DNA of 64,000 nucleotides from an uncultured Clostridia bacterium (GCA_947628405.1 CANQZR010000001.1:956-64955); one strand, 5' to 3'. Shown: positions 34,482 through 43,039, counted from the stretch's first letter. The notes: generated by a model from the sequence alone, not told the origin. Program-made: numbers and translations.

Positions 34482-35354
34482 ATGGTATTATATATTGATG
34501 AATTTGAAAAAGAATACCCGACAAAAGGCAAACATATGCGTTTTTACGATAAACTTCCGGAATATCTGCACGAAATGAAACCGGAAAAGATAACAGAATA
34601 CGCGTCAAGGAACGGAAGGACCTCTATGGTTATCCAGAGTGAAGCGATACTTGCCTATCTGTCGTGGCTTGCAAAGTATCACGGCGCAGAAGCAGGAAAA
34701 GAGCTTCCGGAGCTGAATTACGATCTTACGCAGAAATTTCAGGAAACGGAATGTGATTATATCGGATTTTATAACCTTGCTGAACTCCGTCAAACACTGG
34801 AAGAACATATCCGGAAGATAGAAGCCATATCACCAAGAGCGGATCTCAGCGGATATGTTATAGCTTGCCTTATGGAATGGTACGGCATAACCACGGAAGA
34901 ATTTGTTTCTGTAAGAATGCAGGACGTATCCGAGGACGGCAGAGAAATTTACGTTCCCAAAAGCGGAAGAACAGCGGAAATAGATGATACAATGACGGCT
35001 TCAGCAATAGCGGAATATCGTCGGAAAGCGATAGATTCCGGAAAAACGCAGGAGTGTCTGTATATAACATCAAAGGATATACCGTTAAAGGTAAAAACCA
35101 TATATAACGCACGGGATAAGTTTATGACATTTACAGGCGATGATAGATTTGCCAAAAGACGGGTGTATTATTCCGGAAGATTTGCAAAGATGTTTGAAAT
35201 GGAAAACGAGCATGGAACGGCATTTCTGACGGAAAACAAGAATACACAAAAGATAATGTCCGAACTTTTCGGTGAATTAAGTCTGCCGAAAATGAATTAT
35301 CTGTTGTCGCTGTACCGGTCGTACAAGACAGGTTATCTGAAAAGTTTGAATTGA
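34482..35354 (+). CDS. hypothetical protein with degenerate tyrosine-recombinase-like segment
   Basis: YGITTEEFVSVRMQDVSEDGREIYVPKSGR resembles the integrase box I region, but the Arg position is Thr. Weak call. Confidence 0.3.
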   Translation: MVLYIDEFEKEYPTKGKHMRFYDKLPEYLHEMKPEKITEYASRNGRTSMVIQSEAILAYLSWLAKYHGAEAGKELPELNYDLTQKFQETECDYIGFYNLAELRQTLEEHIRKIEAISPRADLSGYVIACLMEWYGITTEEFVSVRMQDVSEDGREIYVPKSGRTAEIDDTMTASAIAEYRRKAIDSGKTQECLYITSKDIPLKVKTIYNARDKFMTFTGDDRFAKRRVYYSGRFAKMFEMENEHGTAFLTENKNTQKIMSELFGELSLPKMNYLLSLYRSYKTGYLKSLN

Positions 35355-35447
35355 TACTAAATCAGTCATAATTACAAAAAAAACTGTGTTTTTATCTGAA
35401 AAATGATTAATTTTTCATTATTTTTCAAATTAAAATGAATTTTTTAG

Positions 35448-35476
35448 TTGACTTTGGGTAAAATAGATGTTATAAT
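35448..35476 (+). promoter_or_regulatory. promoter of the ATPase/TOPRIM cassette
   Basis: TTGACT, 17 nt, TATAAT, followed by RBS AGGAGGG. Confidence 0.6.
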
Positions 35477-35498
35477 AGATTTAGGAGGGATAAATACT

Positions 35499-36824
35499 AT
35501 GAAGATACTTAGTGTAACAATAAGCGGCTTTAAAAATCTTCAGAAGTCAAAAATCAATTTGGGTCGCATTGTTGCGATCGTATCGCCGAATAACTACGGT
35601 AAATCTAATTTTCTGGAAGCAATTGATTTTGGAATTTATTTTATCTCTGCAAGTGAAAAAGTCAGAAAAACTATGATGAGTTATGTAGGCGGTATTCCTA
35701 TTAATAATTTACTTGCCATGGAAGATTTCTTTTTCGAGATAGAATTTGATAATGGAACAAATGATGAATACAGATATGTAAAGTACGGATATTCATTTTC
35801 ATGGTATCGTGACGACGGCTCCGGTCAAAGAATAACGGACGAATGGCTTGAAGCTCGTCCCGGTCAAAACGTAAAATATACTAAATTTTTAGATCGTAAG
35901 TCCGGCAAGTATAAAAAAAAGAAATATACAAACTCTTATAGAACTATCAGGCCAAACAGCAGTCAATTATCAATTGATTTATTATCGGCGATGAATGAGA
36001 TTGCGATCAATCCGATAATTAAATCAATAAAACATCTTGATTATAATGTGTGTTCGTCTCTTGATCTGGACGATCGCTTTCAGCCAATGCCGATTGACTA
36101 TGTTTCAGAAAATGATGAAATAGGATCTGTATGTTTTGATGATCGTGATGTGCCGAGGGCGATATATAAGTTAAAACAGATGTATCCGGAAAAATATCAG
36201 TTGTTTATTGAAGCAATACACACCCTTTTCCCTGATTTTTCCGACATAACAGTTGAATCTTATTCAATATTTAAAAACTATTCTCCCGAAATATCGCTGA
36301 TAGTGTCTAAGAATGGCGAATCAGACGCAGTTAAAGAAGATATTCCGTTTAAAATCAGAGATGAAATATATAGGATATACGTTAAGAGTAAGAGTATTAA
36401 TCAGCCGATGGATATTGCAAGAATGTCCACGGGAACAAAGCGTATATTCTGGCTGCTTGCAAACATTTTCATTGCAAGCACAAAAAAAATGTGCTTTATT
36501 GGCGTGGAGGAGTTGGAAACAAGTATACACCCCAGATTGCTGAAAAATCTGCTTGAGATCCTTGATGAAGCACTTGAAGATACATCTATAATAATATCAA
36601 GTCATTCTCCGTTTTTAATTCAATATATTAAACCGGACAAAATTTATGTTGGATGTCCTAATGATAATGGGATAGCTTTGTTTAAACGTTTGAAAAACAC
36701 AAAATCAAAGCAGTTTATCGGTATGGCAAAAGATAATGGTATGTCATTAGGCGAGTATATTTTCGAGCTGCTTTCGGGAGATCCTGACAATGAAAATATA
36801 TTATCTTTTTATCTGGAGGGATAA
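35499..36824 (+). CDS. ABC-type (AAA_15/AAA_21-like, OLD/PARIS/AbiL-type) ATPase
   Basis: Walker A VSPNNYGKSN, signature-like MSTGTKRIFWLL, Walker B MCFIGVEELETSIHP, H-loop IISSHSPF. Confidence 0.7.
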   Translation: MKILSVTISGFKNLQKSKINLGRIVAIVSPNNYGKSNFLEAIDFGIYFISASEKVRKTMMSYVGGIPINNLLAMEDFFFEIEFDNGTNDEYRYVKYGYSFSWYRDDGSGQRITDEWLEARPGQNVKYTKFLDRKSGKYKKKKYTNSYRTIRPNSSQLSIDLLSAMNEIAINPIIKSIKHLDYNVCSSLDLDDRFQPMPIDYVSENDEIGSVCFDDRDVPRAIYKLKQMYPEKYQLFIEAIHTLFPDFSDITVESYSIFKNYSPEISLIVSKNGESDAVKEDIPFKIRDEIYRIYVKSKSINQPMDIARMSTGTKRIFWLLANIFIASTKKMCFIGVEELETSIHPRLLKNLLEILDEALEDTSIIISSHSPFLIQYIKPDKIYVGCPNDNGIALFKRLKNTKSKQFIGMAKDNGMSLGEYIFELLSGDPDNENILSFYLEG

Positions 36825-36827
36825 TAT

Positions 36828-37523
36828 ATGCCGGAAAAATATGTAAAAGGATTGGCTTTTATTTTTGAAGGTGCTACAGAAAAAGTTTTCTATCATACAA
36901 TGTTAGAATATTTTGTCGGTAAACATTGTGGATATAGCTTAAATACGCAAATAAACGGAAAAACAGGAGAATCGTTCGATACTATATCTTTTGAAGATAA
37001 GAAAATTCTTGTAATGTTTAATAACGTCGGTACTATTACACAAGTAACTCATTCCGGCGAATGGTTCAAAACAAGGTGTTATGAGAGAAACAAAGGGCTC
37101 AGGTGGACGGTTTTTCTGTGTTATGACACAGATTCTTATCAAAACAATATCACCAAGTTTCATGAGGGAGACTGGAACGAACTCAGAAAAACCATTCAGA
37201 AATGCAATGATCCAACTATAATAGATCTTGCGGCAAAAGCTGATATTGAAGATATTATGTTATCGGATGCGGAAGGTGTATTTAAATATTTAGAAATAGA
37301 GCCTATACAGATCCCGAAAAGGAGTAATGGGAAAAATAAAATGAGACAAATTTTTCGTACGAAAGGACGTGGGTATACATATCACGAAGGTAAAAGAGCA
37401 GAACCGCTTATAAAATCGTTAAATATGGAGAAAATCATATCTTCGCTGCCCGAAATACCATTTTGTGAAATTGAATCCGAATTTGAAAATGCATTTTCTT
37501 CCGATGATAACAGAATTACATAA
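36828..37523 (+). CDS. TOPRIM-like (RloB / DUF4276 / DUF4435-type) putative nuclease
   Basis: N-terminal LAFIFEGATEKVFY (TOPRIM Glu) and VFLCYDTDSYQ (DxD). Starts 3 nt after the ATPase stop. Confidence 0.5.
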   Translation: MPEKYVKGLAFIFEGATEKVFYHTMLEYFVGKHCGYSLNTQINGKTGESFDTISFEDKKILVMFNNVGTITQVTHSGEWFKTRCYERNKGLRWTVFLCYDTDSYQNNITKFHEGDWNELRKTIQKCNDPTIIDLAAKADIEDIMLSDAEGVFKYLEIEPIQIPKRSNGKNKMRQIFRTKGRGYTYHEGKRAEPLIKSLNMEKIISSLPEIPFCEIESEFENAFSSDDNRIT

Positions 37524-37567
37524 CGGCAGCTAAAAATATTGATATAATTAAAAATTATATATTTTAT

Positions 37568-37595
37568 CTCGAATATTGTTTCGGGATATTTTTTT
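37568..37595 (+). terminator. rho-independent terminator of the ATPase/TOPRIM cassette
   Basis: CTCGAA / TTCGGG stem followed by ATATTTTTTT. Confidence 0.5.
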
Positions 37596-37619
37596 GCTCA
37601 AAAATGCAAAATAATCCGT

Positions 37620-37648
37620 TTGAGAAGAAAAATTTTATATGATATAAT
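37620..37648 (+). promoter_or_regulatory. promoter of the 37717 gene
   Basis: TTGAGA, 17 nt, TATAAT. Confidence 0.55.
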
Positions 37649-37716
37649 GAAAATGTAATCAAGACATATACTCTTGAAATTAAAGTTTAAAAATTATAAC
37701 GAAAGGAAGAATTAAA

Positions 37717-38352
37717 ATGACCAAGGAAACAATGACTGTTCACGAGGCACTTGCAGCAGTAAAAATGCTGAATACAAGGATCACGGATCTTATCTGCGGA
37801 ATGACTTTTGTGTATACCGCAAAGGCAAACGCCTCAAAGATAGCCGGGGTAAAGCGTGAAACGCTTGTAAAAGAAACCAAGGCAGATTATCAGAAAGTTA
37901 CCGATCTGATAAAGCGTTATAACGCTATCAAGAAAGCAATTTCGCTTTCCAACGCGACCGCAAAGGTGCGAATCGGAGAAAAAGAATATACGGTAGCCGA
38001 AGCAATTTCGCTGAAAGATATCGGTATCGCGTATAAGGAACAGCTTCTCAAAGCAATGACAGATCAGTATACAAAAGCACAGAAAGAAATAACCAAATCC
38101 AATACAGCTCTGGAAAAGTCGGCGGACGATTTTGTATCGCAGACGTTTGGGACAAAGGACAGTACCAACGCCGATGATGTGGAAAAAGTCCGCACTCAGT
38201 ACATAGAAGCCCAGTCACTTGAAATGCTCGATCCTATCGGTGTCAAGAAAGAAATAACGGATCTTGAAGAAGAAATATCAGCTTTCAGCGCCGGTATTGA
38301 TTCTGCACTCAGCATTTCAAATGCAACTACAACTATCGAAGTTGAATATTGA
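37717..38352 (+). CDS. DIP1984/septicolysin-like helical protein (tentative)
   Basis: 211 aa. Pattern TVHEALAAVKMLNTRITDL...LIKRYNAIKKAISLSNA...YTVAEAISLKD...ITDLEEEISAFSAGIDSALSISNA matches my recollection of that family. Confidence 0.35.
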   Translation: MTKETMTVHEALAAVKMLNTRITDLICGMTFVYTAKANASKIAGVKRETLVKETKADYQKVTDLIKRYNAIKKAISLSNATAKVRIGEKEYTVAEAISLKDIGIAYKEQLLKAMTDQYTKAQKEITKSNTALEKSADDFVSQTFGTKDSTNADDVEKVRTQYIEAQSLEMLDPIGVKKEITDLEEEISAFSAGIDSALSISNATTTIEVEY

Positions 38353-38807
38353 TGTCCGGATATTTATCCGGATAAATAGTGCGCTTGCCGTCCGAAAACC
38401 TTGAAATATCAATACTTTTCGTGTTTGGCGCTTCCGAAAAGTAAAAAAATAAAAAAGCGTATCAATCAAACAATATTGTGTAATAGAATACATAGTATTG
38501 TTTTACAATAATAATTTGTATAAAACACAGCCGACTACCGATTAGCGACTAAGTGGCTTCGGTCAGGTTGGCTCAAGTGGAAAGTTTAAAATATAAATAT
38601 TAAACTATACAGATTAAACAGTAAATATTAATTCTACATAAGGTTTAAGGAATATACGATACAAGTTCAAAGCGTATACAAATCCTTGGGTCAAGGTTAA
38701 GGCGTTATTGATCTGCCGAAGGACAACCACAAGGCTGGGCGGTAAGCATTTTATTTAAATATTCGTTGACGGAAGTCTCGCTGCCGGTACGTTAAGCCGG
38801 CACATAA

Positions 38808-38883
38808 TGGGATATAGTCAAGCGGTAAGACAACGGATTTTGGCTCCGTCATTCCGGTGGTTCAAATCCACCTATCCCAGCCA
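38808..38883 (+). tRNA. tRNA-Gln (anticodon TTG), CCA encoded
   Basis: Hand fold: acceptor TGGGATA/TATCCCA, anticodon stem ACGGA/TCCGT with loop TTTTGGC, T arm GGTGG-TTCAAAT-CCACC. Confidence 0.8.
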
Positions 38884-38950
38884 ATGGCTCCGGTTTCTGG
38901 AAGCCATTATGCTATACTTCCTTAAAATTACCCGGCGAAAGCCGGGGTAT

Positions 38951-39042
38951 GGGACATTAGGTTAAATGAGAAACCAACGAAAGAAATAATAAAGTAATAA
39001 CAACAGTCGAAAATACCGGTTTGAATCCGGTATGTCCCACCA
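38951..39042 (+). other. degenerate tRNA-like element (acceptor, D and T arms but no anticodon arm)
   Basis: GGGACAT/ATGTCCC 7-bp acceptor plus ACCA. T arm ACCGG-TTTGAAT-CCGGT, D stem GGTT/AACC. The middle 39 nt are A-rich and cannot form an anticodon stem. Confidence 0.5.
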
Positions 39043-39133
39043 AACTGAGCTTGGAGGTATATATTTCTTTAGGGGAATATTTATACTCCAAACTTTGTTA
39101 TCTTTAATTGACATCATTTGTAATTTGTGACAT

Positions 39134-39355
39134 AGTTGGCATAATTCTTCCTCCGTCGGGTGCTGTTTTTGAGAGCAGTTAAATGTCCGGATCCGGACGG
39201 AACAAGTCACGCTCCGCTATATGTAGATCGCGCAGGATTCCGTCAAGAGGAAACAGCCCGAATTTATTTTTTTTAGTTGGCAACTTAATCAAAAAAGTTG
39301 GTAACCGCATAAGGAACGCAACAAAGTTGGCAAGTTTAACAACAAAGTTGGCAAC
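39134..39355. promoter_or_regulatory. array of five AGTTGG(C/T)A(A/T)(C/G) sites (core GTTG-G-CAAC hyphenated palindrome)
   Basis: Sites at 39134, 39275, 39296, 39325 and 39346. The first overlaps the -10/+1 of a TTGACA(39108)-17-CATAGT promoter. The last four are spaced 21/29/21 bp, directly upstream of tRNA-Leu. Confidence 0.6.
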
Positions 39356-39363
39356 TTCTTTAC

Positions 39364-39448
39364 GCAGGTGTGGCGGAATTGGCAGACGCAGCGGACTTAA
39401 AATCCGCTTCTGAAAAGAGTGTGAGTTCAAATCTCATCATCTGCACCA
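39364..39448 (+). tRNA. tRNA-Leu (anticodon TAA), long variable arm, CCA encoded
   Basis: Hand fold: acceptor GCAGGTG/CATCTGC, anticodon stem GCGGA/TCCGC with loop CTTAAAA, T arm GTGAG-TTCAAAT-CTCAT. Confidence 0.8.
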
Positions 39449-39480
39449 GAGTAATTATTTTTTGTGAAAGGAGAATTGTT

Positions 39481-39981
39481 ATGTATGAGTATGAAATGAT
39501 TGTGAGAGGGCGTCGTATACGCTATGAAGCATTTGAAAATAAATGGGTCAAGGGTTATTACGTTTGTCTTCGTGAGAATAAGCATTTGATTATAACCGGT
39601 GAAGCTACATTCAACGGATTCAAGGAGAATATAGTTTCATATGAAATAGTCCCAGAAACATTTGGACGTTATACGGGTTTACTTGATAAGGACGGAAACA
39701 AAATTTTCGAGGGGGACATTATTGAAATTCACTTTGATACAAGTATCACTAAACCGCTTGTTGTAAAATATGGAGTTTATAGTGATATAGACGATTATTG
39801 GGGCAATAATTACACAGTAGGTTTTTATCTTGATGGCGGAAAATCTCAGCAAAATATTTTAAGTTGTCAAATCGCAGAAATGCCATTCAATGATCCAAGT
39901 TTTCTGTTGTATAAAAGGAATAACAGATTGAAGGTGATCGGGAATATTTACGATAACCCCGAATTATTGGAAGGAGAATGA
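39481..39981 (+). CDS. YopX-family protein
   Basis: GRYTGLLDKDGNKIFEGDII and C-terminal VIGNIYDNPELLE. RBS AAAGGAGA. Confidence 0.75.
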   Translation: MYEYEMIVRGRRIRYEAFENKWVKGYYVCLRENKHLIITGEATFNGFKENIVSYEIVPETFGRYTGLLDKDGNKIFEGDIIEIHFDTSITKPLVVKYGVYSDIDDYWGNNYTVGFYLDGGKSQQNILSCQIAEMPFNDPSFLLYKRNNRLKVIGNIYDNPELLEGE

Positions 39982-39983
39982 TA

Positions 39984-40208
39984 ATGGCAAAATGGATTGA
40001 ATTAAACAGTGGAAGACTTTTAAATCTTGATAGAGTTGGTGACATTGCCAAATCCAAAGGGACTCTGTATGGAAAACTTTATTATAGTATTATTTATGAT
40101 TACGACACACACCCAGATTGTGGATATGTGGAAGAAAAATTCGACAAAGAAGAAGATCGTGATAAACGCTTTGAGGAAATCAAGGCAATGCTTATTCAAG
40201 AAAATTGA
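39984..40208 (+). CDS. hypothetical protein (74 aa)
   Basis: The second ATG, 7 nt after AAGGAG, is preferred as start. Confidence 0.5.
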   Translation: MAKWIELNSGRLLNLDRVGDIAKSKGTLYGKLYYSIIYDYDTHPDCGYVEEKFDKEEDRDKRFEEIKAMLIQEN

Positions 40209-40219
40209 GGTGAGAAAAT

Positions 40220-40684
40220 TTGATAGATCGCAAGGAAACAACTAAGATTTTGTCTAATTTCCTTGAAAAGCACCTTGACCCTCATAATGACCCTCGTATA
40301 TATTGGGCAAGAGAGGTTACTTTCGACTATGGCACAGATCACGCCGTAAGAGTGGACTATATGCTCTTTAAGCCCGTTGACAACAGTGTTGCAGGGATTG
40401 AAAAAGGCGACTTTTACTGTTATGAAGTGAAATCTTCCATTGAGGATTTCAAGTCACCACACGGGCATAACTTCATCGGAGACTATAATTACTATGTAAT
40501 GCCCGAAGAAGTATACAATAACCTTTCAAAAAACAATGCGCTGCCATATAAAGTGGGTGTTTATGCCTATTCAAACAATAGCCTTGTATGCGTAAAAAAG
40601 GCGAAACGCAGTCTCCAAACTAAAGCAGTAACAGAAATGCTTTTGATGATGTTTCGCTCATCGAACAGAGACAAAAAACGGTAA
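40220..40684 (+). CDS. PD-(D/E)xK nuclease-like protein (MmcB-like, tentative)
   Basis: VRVDYMLF...GDFYCYEVKSSIEDF fits a D...E-x-K pattern. TTG start after GAGGTGAG. Confidence 0.4.
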   Translation: MIDRKETTKILSNFLEKHLDPHNDPRIYWAREVTFDYGTDHAVRVDYMLFKPVDNSVAGIEKGDFYCYEVKSSIEDFKSPHGHNFIGDYNYYVMPEEVYNNLSKNNALPYKVGVYAYSNNSLVCVKKAKRSLQTKAVTEMLLMMFRSSNRDKKR

Positions 40685-40699
40685 GAAAGAAGGTTAAAA

Positions 40700-41233
40700 A
40701 TGCTTAAACCTGCACTTTTATACGAAGCTGAACTAAAGCGAAAATTCGCCGAGATAATGTTTGATGATAAGTACGAATATTATTTCCTTGACGGTTTTCA
40801 AATACCGGAGATAGCCGATAATACATACGATCAACACCAGTTTGTGTCGGTTGATAAGAGCGGAAATGTTATCGGGTATATTACTTATTCTATTAATGGC
40901 AGAGCGTGGTACGCTTATGAACTGGGCATAATCAATTTTACCGATAATATAATGACTTTCGGGAATGATGTTAAGACTGCAATACGCGATATATTCGTCA
41001 AATATCATTTCAATAAACTTGTGTTCGGAGCAGTAAAAAATAATTCCATAACAGAAAAATATATCAAGTATATTAAAAAATATCATGGTCGGCAAGTAGG
41101 AATTTATAAAAACCATATAAAACTTTGTTCTGGAACTGAGTGCGATTATGTCACATTCGAGTTATCTCAAATGGACTTTTGGCGTGCGCGCGTTTCTTAT
41201 TCATGTAATGAACAATATCCATATTATTTTTAA
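40700..41233 (+). CDS. GNAT-like acetyltransferase (tentative)
   Basis: Layout GYITYSI...FNKLVFGAVKNNSITEKYIKYIKKYHGRQVG. Weak call. Confidence 0.3.
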   Translation: MLKPALLYEAELKRKFAEIMFDDKYEYYFLDGFQIPEIADNTYDQHQFVSVDKSGNVIGYITYSINGRAWYAYELGIINFTDNIMTFGNDVKTAIRDIFVKYHFNKLVFGAVKNNSITEKYIKYIKKYHGRQVGIYKNHIKLCSGTECDYVTFELSQMDFWRARVSYSCNEQYPYYF

Positions 41234-41247
41234 AGGAGAAAAATTTA

Positions 41248-41778
41248 ATGAACAATAAAGAAGTATCCGAACAGATTTTGCAAGCAGCGCAACTTCTACA
41301 GTCAGCTGCTAAAAAACTGCAAGCGGAAGAAACTGAAAACACGCAAGCCGAACAACAGGAAACCGAACCGGATATACAGCGTGTGCCGTATGGTAATTTT
41401 TATCAAAGAATCACATTCAATGCCAAGGGGAAAGCTGTCAAATTTTGGGAAAGCGAAACTCAGTCTAATGTAGACAAATTCAGATTTATGAATAATAATT
41501 ATTTTACAGACAAGACAATCGCTCAATCATTAGCAGACAAAATAAATTTTCTTATGGAATTACAAAGATACCACGATATTTATTGTCCGGATTATAAACC
41601 GGACTGGAATAACACAAAAGAGAAAAAATATTGTGTATATTTTGATGCTATGCTTAACAAATATTATTTTGATTACTATTGTGATTATAAGTTGGAAGGA
41701 CAAATTTATTTCCCAACAGCAGAAATCGCACAGAAAGTGTGTGATAAACTCAATGCAGAACTTCGGAAGGAGGTGTAA
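41248..41778 (+). CDS. hypothetical protein, paralog of 27869-28435
   Basis: Shared C-terminal NNNY...IYCPDYKPDWN...YFPTAEIAQKVCDKLNAELRKEV. Confidence 0.55.
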   Translation: MNNKEVSEQILQAAQLLQSAAKKLQAEETENTQAEQQETEPDIQRVPYGNFYQRITFNAKGKAVKFWESETQSNVDKFRFMNNNYFTDKTIAQSLADKINFLMELQRYHDIYCPDYKPDWNNTKEKKYCVYFDAMLNKYYFDYYCDYKLEGQIYFPTAEIAQKVCDKLNAELRKEV

Positions 41779-41780
41779 AT

Positions 41781-41951
41781 ATGGGTGCAGAAGCAAACAA
41801 CACTGTTGTGATCAAAATGCAAAACGATTTCTATCTCGGACAGCTTACGGACGCACTTCTGCGGAACGGTTATACAGTAACTTGTAAAACTGCTTTGTCC
41901 GAATGTACGGACGAAGATAAATGCGAAGTATGGGTATCTATCAGCAAATAA
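41781..41951 (+). CDS. small hypothetical protein (56 aa)
   Basis: Own translation MGAEANNTVVIKMQNDFYLGQLTDALLRNGYTV..., RBS GGAAGGAGGTG. Below the ORF-track cut-off. Confidence 0.45.
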   Translation: MGAEANNTVVIKMQNDFYLGQLTDALLRNGYTVTCKTALSECTDEDKCEVWVSISK

Positions 41952-41966
41952 TCTCAGGAGGTACAG

Positions 41967-42620
41967 ATGAAAACAATTTTTCAAACGCTGTCCGAGATAG
42001 ATATTTCGGATAAGATCAAACAAAAACTCAAAATGGACTATCTTCCGTGGTCAAGTGCTTGGGCATTCGTGAAAAGCAAATATCCCACAGCTTCATACGA
42101 GATAGTCAGAACGCCGGAAGGCTGTATCTACTGGACGGACGGAAAGACCTGTTGGGTAGAAACAAAGGTAACGATTACCGGCGATGAACCGGAAACTCAC
42201 TCGGAAATATTGCCGGTAATGGACAATAAAAATCAGTCCATTCCTGCGGATAAAGTCACAATGTCCGATGTGAACAAGTCTATCAAACGCTGCCTTGTAA
42301 AAAATCTTGCCCTTTTCGGACTGGGACTTTCCCTCTGGAACGGAGAGGAACTTTCCGACAACGCCAAACAGAAAAAGGACGAGGACGAAGAAAATCTCCG
42401 CTCAAAACAACAGGCTCTTATGGAACTTCTGAAAAAGAAAGTCGGGGAGAATTTCGATAAAAATAAACTGTTCGATCATCTTCAGAAAATCGCAGGCAGC
42501 AAAAATCCCAACAATATCAAGGATATTGAAAAACTTGAAAAAGCTATTGCCGATATAACGCCTCTGAATCTGAAAGATGATCCGGAGTTCGGCACAGACG
42601 CACCTACAAAGGAGGAATAA
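41967..42620 (+). CDS. Rad52/Sak-like (DUF1071-type) single-strand annealing protein
   Basis: MDYLPWSSAWAFVKSKYP and RCLVKNLALFGLGLSLWNGEEL. Lies immediately upstream of ssb. Confidence 0.65.
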   Translation: MKTIFQTLSEIDISDKIKQKLKMDYLPWSSAWAFVKSKYPTASYEIVRTPEGCIYWTDGKTCWVETKVTITGDEPETHSEILPVMDNKNQSIPADKVTMSDVNKSIKRCLVKNLALFGLGLSLWNGEELSDNAKQKKDEDEENLRSKQQALMELLKKKVGENFDKNKLFDHLQKIAGSKNPNNIKDIEKLEKAIADITPLNLKDDPEFGTDAPTKEE

Positions 42621-42622
42621 AA

Positions 42623-43039
42623 ATGGCACTCAATACCTGTGTTTTGATGGGACGTCTTACAAAGGACGTTGAACTCAAACAGACAAAAGACACTTTCATA
42701 ACAAATTTCACCCTTGCGGTGGATAAACCATACAACAAGAATAACGATCACCCGGAAGCAAACTGGATCGACTGTGTCGCTTTCGGAAAAACCGCCGAAT
42801 TTATCTCAAAATATTTTCATAAAGGCAGTAAATTTGCGGTCACCGGCAGACTTCAGACCCGTGCATATGAAAACAAGGACGGCGCAAAAATAAAAGTAAC
42901 GGAAGTTGTTGTCGAAAGTGTTGAATTTGTGGAAAGTAAAAAGCAAAACGAGGAAAATACATCTCCCACAAGCACCGCCGGAACAGCCGCAGATACAGGT
43001 GTTATCTCCGCTCCCGATAACGAGGATATACCATTCTGA
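42623..43039 (+). CDS. ssb: single-stranded DNA-binding protein
   Basis: OB-fold pattern LMGRLTKDVELK...NWIDCVAFGKTAEF...VTGRLQTRAYENKDG, with acidic tail ending NEDIPF. Confidence 0.9.
   Translation: MALNTCVLMGRLTKDVELKQTKDTFITNFTLAVDKPYNKNNDHPEANWIDCVAFGKTAEFISKYFHKGSKFAVTGRLQTRAYENKDGAKIKVTEVVVESVEFVESKKQNEENTSPTSTAGTAADTGVISAPDNEDIPF

Noticed and set aside
38951-39042. Suppressor tRNA / alternative genetic code hypothesis.
   Set aside because: The element has no anticodon arm. All large genes (terL, dnaE, nrdD, RNAP and others) are uninterrupted in the standard code, and the observed breaks are frameshifts, not in-frame stops.
39104-39142. 12-codon minus-strand ORF (MPTMSQITNDVN) with GGAGGA RBS.
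   Set aside because: It is very short and overlaps a plus-strand promoter and operator. The SD-like sequence is probably coincidental.
38962-39430. ORFs 38962-39210 (-), 39179-39430 (-) and 39183-39413 (+).
   Set aside because: They overlap the tRNA-like element, the GTTGGCAAC repeat array (giving KLANFV repeats) and tRNA-Leu. They are not coding.
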